Shown here one piece after another: positions 57,101 through 64,000 of a stretch of DNA of 64,000 bases. This stretch comes from the human T2T-CHM13v2.0 reference genome, Homo sapiens. The notes beneath the pieces are model-generated. The model was not told where the DNA came from, searched no databases, and worked only from the letters and a program-made list of their open reading frames with translations. Position 1 is the first letter of the stretch. Every line of letters begins with the position of its first letter. A program made the position numbers and the translations under genes. The stretch lies in the NCBI RefSeq assembly GCF_009914755.1, contig NC_060939.1; one strand, 5' to 3'.

Positions 57101-60100
57101 CCACTTCGTTCCATTTCATTGCATTCCATTCTATTCAACTCTATTGCCTTCCATTCCATTCCATTCGATTACATTCCATGCGATTCCATTCGAAATCGAA
57201 TCAATTACATTGCAATCCATTACTATTGAGTCCGTTTTATTCCAGTCCACTGCATTCTGGTCCATTCCATTTGATTCCATTCCATTCTATTCCATTCCAT
57301 ACAGTTGCATTCCATTGGATTCCATGCTATATCTATAAATTCAATTCGAGACCATTGCTTTTGAGTCCATTCTATATGATTCCATTCCATTCAAATCCAT
57401 TACTTTTGGTTCAATTCCATTCCATTCCATTCCCTTCCATTCCATTCCATTTGATATCAATCCATTCGATTCCATTCCATTCGAGCACATTCCATTCGAG
57501 TCCATTCCATTCGATGCCATTCCATTTGATTCTATTCCATTAGTCTCCATTCAATTCCATTAATCTCCATTCCATTCCATTCTATTCCAACTGACTCCAT
57601 TCCATTCTATTCCTTTCCATTCCATTTCATTCCATTCCATTCCATTTCATTCCATTCCATTCCATTCGTGTCCATTCCACTCCAGTCCATTCCATTCGTG
57701 TCCATTCCATTCCAGTCCATTCCATTTGTGTCCACTGCATTCCATTCCACTCCATTCCATATTATTCCATTACACTCCATTCCATTCTATCACTTTCATT
57801 TCCATTCAATTCCATTCCATTTGATTCCATTCCACTCGGTTTCATTCCATTTGAGTCCACTCCATTCCATTCCATTGCATTCCATTCAGTTCCATTCCAT
57901 TCTGTTCCATTCCATTCCGTTCCATTACATTCCATTCCATTCGGTACCATTCCATATTGTTCCATTCGATTCCATTCGAATCCATTCCATTCCAGTCCAT
58001 TCCATTCGATTCCATTCCATTCATTTCAATTCCATTCCATTCCATTCCATTACATTCCACTTGATTCCTCTCCATTCCCTTCCACTGCATTCCGTTCGAT
58101 TCCATTCCATTGCATTGCATTCCATTACATTGGATTGCATTCCATTCGATTCCATTCCATTCGAATCAATTACATAGCAATCCATTACATTCGAGTCTAT
58201 TCTATTCCGTTCCATTCGATTTCGTTCCAATCCATTCGATTCCATTCCATTCGATTCCATTCCATGCTATTGCATTCCATTCTATTACATTATATTCGAA
58301 TAAGTTCCATTCAAGACCATTTCTTTTGAGTCCATTCTATTTGAGTCCATTCCCTTTGATTCCATAACATTTGAGTCCATTCAATTCCATTCCTTTCGTT
58401 TCCATTCCATTTGATGCCATTCCATTCAATTCTGTTCTACTCGACTCCAATACATTCAATTCCATTCCATCCGATTCCATTACATTCTTTTCATTTCTTA
58501 TCCATTTCAAGCCATTCCACTCCATTCCATTCCACTCGTTTCCTTTCCATTCGAGTCCATTCCTCTCCAGTCCATTCCGTTCAATCCATTCCATTCCAGT
58601 CCATTCCATTCGAGTCCGTTCCATTCCAGTCCATTCCATTCGAGTCAATTCCATTCCATTCGATGTCTTTCCATAACGATCCATTCCATTCTATTCCTTT
58701 CGATTCCATTCCATTCTATTTCATTCCATTCGATTCCCTTCCATTGGACTCCTTTCCATTCGAGTGCATTCCATTCCGTTCCATTTCTTTCCGTTCTGTA
58801 CGATTCCTACCGTTCGATTTCATTTTGTTCCAGTCCATTCCTTTCGCGTCCATTCCATTCCATTTCACTCCATTCGATTCCATTCCACTCGATTCCACTT
58901 CGTTCCATTTCATTGCATTCCATTCTATTCAACTCTATTGCCTTCCATTCCATTCCATTCGATTACATTCCATGCGATTCCATTCGAAATCGAATCAATT
59001 ACATTGCAATCCATTACAATTGAGTCCGTTTTATTCCAGTCCACTGCATTCTGGTCCATTCCATTTGATTCCATTCCATTCTATTCCATTCCATACAGTT
59101 GCATTCCATTGGATTCCATGCTATATCTATAAATTCAATTCGAGACCATTGCTTTTGAGTCCATTCTATATGATTCCATTCCATTCAAATCCATTACATT
59201 TGGTTCAATTCCATTCCATTCCATTCCCTTCCATTCCATTCCATTTGATATCAATCCATTCGATTCCATTCCATTCGAGCACATTCCATTCGAGTCCATT
59301 CCATTCGATGCCATTCCATTTGATTCTATTCCATTAGTCTCCATTCAATTCCATTAATCTCCATTCCATTCCATTCTACTCCAACTGATTCCATTCCATT
59401 CTATTCCTTTCCATTCCATTTCATTCCATTCCATTCCATTTCATTCCATTCCATTCCATTCGTGTCCATTCCACTCCAGTCCATTCCATTCGTGTCCATT
59501 CCATTCCAGTCCATTCCATTTGTGTCCACTGCATTCCATTCCACTCCATTCCATATTATTCCATTACACTCCATTCCATTCTATCACTTTCATTTCCATT
59601 CAATTCCATTCCATTTGATTCCATTCCACTCGGTTTCATTCCATTTGAGTCCACTCCATTCCATTCCATTGCATTCCATTCAGTTCCATTCCATTCTGTT
59701 CCATTCCATTCCGTTCCATTACATTCCATTCCATTCGGTACCATTCCATATTGTTCCATTCGATTCCATTCGAATCCATTCCATTCCAGTCCATTCCATT
59801 CGATTCCATTCCATTCATTTCCATTCCATTCCATTCCATTCCATTACATTCCACTTGATTCCTCTCCATTCCCTTCCACTGCATTCCGTTCGATTCCATT
59901 CCATTGCATTGCATTCCATTCCATTGGATTGCATTCCATTCGATTCCATTCCATTCGAATCAATTACATAGCAATCCATTACATTCGAGTCTATTCTATT
60001 CCGTTCCATTCGATTTCGTTCCAATCCATTCGATTCCATTCCATTCGATTCCATTCCATACTATTGCATTCCATTCGATTACATTATATTCGAATAAGTT

Positions 60101-60900
60101 CCATTCAAGACCATTTCTTTTGAGTCCATTCTATTTGAGTCCATTCCCTTTGATTCCATAACATTTGAGTCCATTCAATTCCATTCCTTTCGTTTCCATT
60201 CCATTTGATGCCATTCCATTCAATTCTGTTCTACTCGACTCCAATACACTCAATTCCATTCCATCCGATTCCATTACATTCTTTTCATTTCTTATCCATT
60301 TCAAGCCATTCCACTCCATTCCATTCCACTCGTTTCCTTTCCATTCGAGTCCATTCCTCTCCAGTCCATTCCGTTCAATCCATTCCATTCCAGTCCATTC
60401 CATTCGAGTCCGTTCCATTCCAGTCCATTCCATTCGAGTCAATTCCATCCCATTCGATGTCTTTCCATAACGATCCATTCCATTCTATTCCTTTCGATTC
60501 CATTCCATTCTATTTCATTCCATTCGATTCCCTTCCATTGGACTCCTTTCCATTCGAGTGCATTCCATTCCTTTCCATTTCTTTCCGTTCTGTACGATTC
60601 CTACCGTTCGATTTCATTTTGTTCCAGTCCATTCCTTTCGCGTCCATTCCATTCCATTTCACTCCATTCGATTCCATTCCACTCGATTCCACTTCGTTCC
60701 ATTTCATTGCATTCCATTCTATTCAACTCTATTGCCTTCCATTCCATTCCATTCGATTACATTCCATGCGATTCCATTCGAAATCGAATCAATTACATTG
60801 CAATCCATTACTATTGAGTCCGTTTTATTCCAGTCCACTGCATTCTGGTCCATTCCATTTGATTCCGTTCCATTCTATTCCATTCCATACAGTTGCATTC
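12140..60900 (+). repeat. Homogeneous core of about 27 near-identical units (modal 1794 bp; variants 1779, 1789, 1799, 1809)
   Basis: A landmark recurs at 12140, 13934, 15728, 17522, 19316, 21110, 22904 ... 58764, 60558, and the ORF track repeats at the same offsets. Units differ only by scattered SNPs and 5- or 15-bp indels. Confidence 0.95.
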
Positions 60901-62311
60901 CATTGGATTCCATGCTATATCTATAAATTCAATTCGAGACCATTGCTTTTGAGTCCATTCTATATGATTCCATTCCATTCAAGTCCATTACATTTGGTTC
61001 AATTCCATTCCATTCCCTTCCATTCCATTCCATTTGATATCAATCCATTCGAGTCCATTCCATTCGAGCACATTCCATTCGAGTCCATTCCATTCGAAGC
61101 CATTCCATTTGATTCTATTCCATTAGTCTCCATTCAATTCCATTAATCTCCATTCCATTCCATTCTACTCCAACTGATTCCATTTCATTCTATTCCTTTC
61201 CATTCCATTTCATTCCATTCCATTCCATTCGTGTCCATTCCACTCCAGTCCATTCCATTCGTGTCCATTCCTTTCCAGTCCATTCCATTTGTGTCCACTG
61301 TATTCCATTCCACTCCATTCCATATTATTCCATTACACTCCATTCCATTCTATTACTTTCATTTCCATTCAATTCCATTCCATTTGATTCCATTCCACTC
61401 GGTTTCATTCCATTTGAGTCCACTCCATTCCATTCAGTTCCATTCCATTCTGTTCCATTCCATTCCGTTCCATTACATTCCATTCCATTCGGTACCATTG
61501 CATATTGTTCCATTCGATTCCATTCGAATCCATTCCATTCCAGTCCATTCCATTCGATTCCATTCCATTCATTTCAATTCCATTCCATTCCATTCCATTA
61601 CATTCCACTTGATTCCTCTCCATTCCCTTCCACTGCATTCCGTTCGATTCCATTCCATTGCATTGCATTCCATTCCATTGGATTGCATTCCATTCGATTC
61701 CATTCCATTCGAATCAATTACATAGCAATCCATTACATTCGAGTCTATTCTATTCCGTTCCATTCGATTTCGTTCCAATCCATTCGATTCCATTCCATTC
61801 GATTCCATTCCATACTATTGCATTCCATTCTATTACATTATATTCGAATAAGTTCCATTCAAGACCATTTCTTTTGAGTCCATTCTATTTGAGTCCATTC
61901 CCTTTGATTCCATAACATTTGAGTCCATTCAATTCCATTCCTTTCGTTTCCATTCCATTTGATGCCATTCCATTCAATTCTGTTCTACTCGACTCCAATA
62001 CATTCAATTCCATTCCATCCGATTCCATTACATTCTTTTCATTTCTTATCCATTTCAAGCCATTCCACTCCATTCCATTCCACTCGTTTAATTTCCATTC
62101 GAGTCCATTCCTCTCCAGTCCATTCCGTTCAATCCATTCCATTCCAGTCCATTCCATTCGAGTCCGTTCCATTCCACTCCATTCCATTCGAGTCAATTCC
62201 ATCCCATTCGATGTCTTTCCATAACGATCCATTCCATTCTATTCCTTTCGATTCCATTCCATTCTATTTCATTCCATTCGATTCCCTTCCATTGGACTCC
62301 TTTCCATTCGA
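60558..62311 (+). repeat. Shortened, diverged 1754-bp unit (-5, -20 and -15 bp pentamer-run contractions)
   Basis: Contractions near 61005, 61210 and 61430. Private SNPs include ACTGTATT (~61300), GGTACCATTGC (~61500) and CGTTTAATTT (~62090). Confidence 0.88.
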
Positions 62312-63375
62312 GTGCATTCCATTCCGTTCCATTTCTTTCCGTTCTGTACGATTCCTACCGTTCGATTTCATTTTGTTCCAGTCCATTCCTTTCGCGTCCA
62401 TTCCATTCCATTTCACTCCATTCGATTCCATTCCACTCGATTCCACTTCGTTCCATTTCATTGCATTCCATTCTATTCAACTCTATTGCCTTCCATTCCA
62501 TTCCATTCGATTACATTCCATGCGATTCCATTCGAAATCGAATCAATTACATTGCAATCCATTACTATTGAGTCCGTTTTATTCCAGTCCACTGCATTCT
62601 GGTCCATTCCATTTGATTCCATTCCATTCTATTCCATTCCATACAGTTGCATTCCATTGGATTCCATGCTATATCTATAAATTCAATTCGAGACCATTGC
62701 TTTTGAGTCCATTCTATATGATTCCATTCCATTCAAGTCCATTACATTTGGATCAATTCCATTCCATTCCATTCCCTTCCATTCCATTCCAGTTGATATC
62801 AGTCCTTTCGATTCCATTCCATTCGAGCACATTCCATTCGAGTCCATTCCATTCGATGCCATTCCATTTGATTCTATTCCGTTAGTCTCCATTCAATTCC
62901 ATTAATCTCCATTCCATTCCATTCTACTCCAACTGATTCCATTCCATTCTATTCCTTTCCATTCCATTTCATTCCATTCCATTCCATTTCATTCCATTCC
63001 ATTCCATTCGTGTCCATTCCACTCCAGTCCATTCCACTTGTGTCCATTCCATTCCAGTCCATTCCATTTCTGTCCATTCCATTTGTGTCCACTGCATTCC
63101 ATTCCACTCCATTCCATATTATTCCATTCCACTCCATTCCATTCCACTCGTTTCCTTTCCATTCGAGTCCATTCCTCTCCAGTCCATTCTGTTCAATCCA
63201 TTCCATTCCAGTCCATTCCATTCGAGTCCGTTCCATTCCAGTCCATTCCATTCGAGTCAATTCCATCCCATTCGATGTCTTTCCATAACGATCCATTCCA
63301 TTCTATTCCTTTCGATTCCATTCCATTCTATTTCATTCCATTCGATTCCCTTCCATTGGACTCCTTTCCATTCGA
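62312..63375 (+). repeat. Truncated 1064-bp unit (745-bp deletion removing the KpnI-containing part, plus a 15-bp duplication)
   Basis: Landmark spacing is 62312 to 63376. The junction near 63124-63128 joins CCATATTATT to CCACTCCATTCCATTCCACTCG. An extra ATTCCATTTCTGTCC sits at 63061-63075. 1794-745+15=1064. Confidence 0.9.
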
Positions 63376-64000
63376 GTGCATTCCATTCCGTTCCATTTCT
63401 TTCCGTTCTGTACGATTCCTACCGTTCGATTTCATTTTGTTCCAGTCCATTCCTTTCGCGTCCATTCCATTCCATTTCACTCCATTCGATTCCATTCCAC
63501 TCGATTCCACTTCGTTCCATTTCATTGCATTCCATTCTATTCAACTCTATTGCCTTCCATTCCATTCCATTCGATTACATTCCATGCGATTCCATTCGAA
63601 ATCGAATCAATTACATTGCAATCCATTACTATTGAGTCCGTTTTATTCCAGTCCACTGCATTCTGGTCCATTCCATTTGATTCCATTCCATTCTATTCCA
63701 TTCCATACAGTTGCATTCCATTGGATTCCATGCTATATCTATAAATTCAATTCGAGACCATTGCTTTTGAGTCCATTCTATATGATTCCATTCCATTCAA
63801 GTCCATTACATTTGGTTCAATTCCATTCCATTCCATTCCCTTCCATTCCATTCCATTTGATATCAATCCATTCGATTCCATTCCATTCGAGCACATTCCA
63901 TTCGAGTCCATTCCATTCGATGCCATTCCATTTGATTCTATTCCATTAGTCTCCATTCAATTCCATTAATCTCCATTCCATTCCATTTTACTCCAACAGA

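Larger units (their letters stand above)
1..64000 (+). repeat. Human satellite III (HSat3) tandem array, diverged (CATTC)n/(GAATG)n, single orientation
   Basis: CATTC pentamers and variants (CATTT, GATTC, GAGTC, CACTC, TATTC) run continuously from the first base to the last. The + strand is pyrimidine-rich throughout, with no GGAAT-oriented segment and no non-satellite insert seen. The GATGATG-type motif typical of HSat2 was not seen. Confidence 0.97.
1..64000 (+). repeat. D15Z1: ~1.8-kb KpnI higher-order repeat, probably D15Z1 / HSat3A5 (chr15p)
   Basis: GGTACC occurs once per unit: 1014, 2064, 3867, 5656, 6706, 7761, 9545, 11319, 13113, then mostly every 1794 bp to 59737, and 61491. That gives 36 homologous positions, one of them mutated (41817). 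A 1.8-kb KpnI unit of satellite III is the classical description of D15Z1. The locus assignment was not checked by alignment. Confidence 0.72.

Noticed and set aside
26-63956. Hundreds of ORFs up to 322 aa (SIPFH-rich on +, MEWNG-rich on -), including a 308-aa ORF recurring in most units
   Set aside because: (CATTC)n has no stop codon in any frame and translates to these pentapeptides. The ORFs overlap in all frames, recur only because the DNA repeats, are freely broken by SNPs and 5-bp indels, and show no recognisable domain.
1-64000. CRISPR-like or other repeat-spacer array
   Set aside because: There are no unique spacers: the variable segments recur in every 1.8-kb unit. No cas-like genes are present.
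1-64000. HSat2 (chr1 ~1.8-kb unit) or DYZ1 (Y, ~3.6-kb unit)
   Set aside because: The HSat2 GATGAT-containing motif was not seen and long pure CATTC runs are present. The fundamental period is 1794 bp, and the 3573-bp offset is only a local two-unit duplication.
1-64000. Inversion or embedded Alu/L1/other insertion
   Set aside because: No GGAAT-oriented tract and no non-satellite stretch was seen anywhere in the window.

Overview
The whole 64-kb window is one uninterrupted array of human-type classical satellite III DNA: a diverged (CATTC)n pentamer, always in the same orientation. It is organised into a higher-order unit of about 1.8 kb (modal 1794 bp) that carries one KpnI site. This organisation fits the D15Z1/HSat3A5 array on chromosome 15p, an assignment made from recalled knowledge and not from an alignment. 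I found no genes, RNA genes, transposons or CRISPR arrays, and every listed ORF is a translation artefact of the pentamer. I found no evidence for a new gene-encoded system. The real signal is the array's structure. (1) A homogeneous 1794-bp core (~12.1-60.9 kb) is flanked by more irregular, diverged units. (2) Two different ~740-bp deletions with readable microhomology junctions produce 1050-bp and 1064-bp units. (3) The 1.8-kb unit is itself a cryptic dimer. (4) Shared SNPs reveal multi-unit duplications with 4642-, 3573- and 5362-bp offsets. (5) One 20-bp duplication carries a cluster of substitutions.
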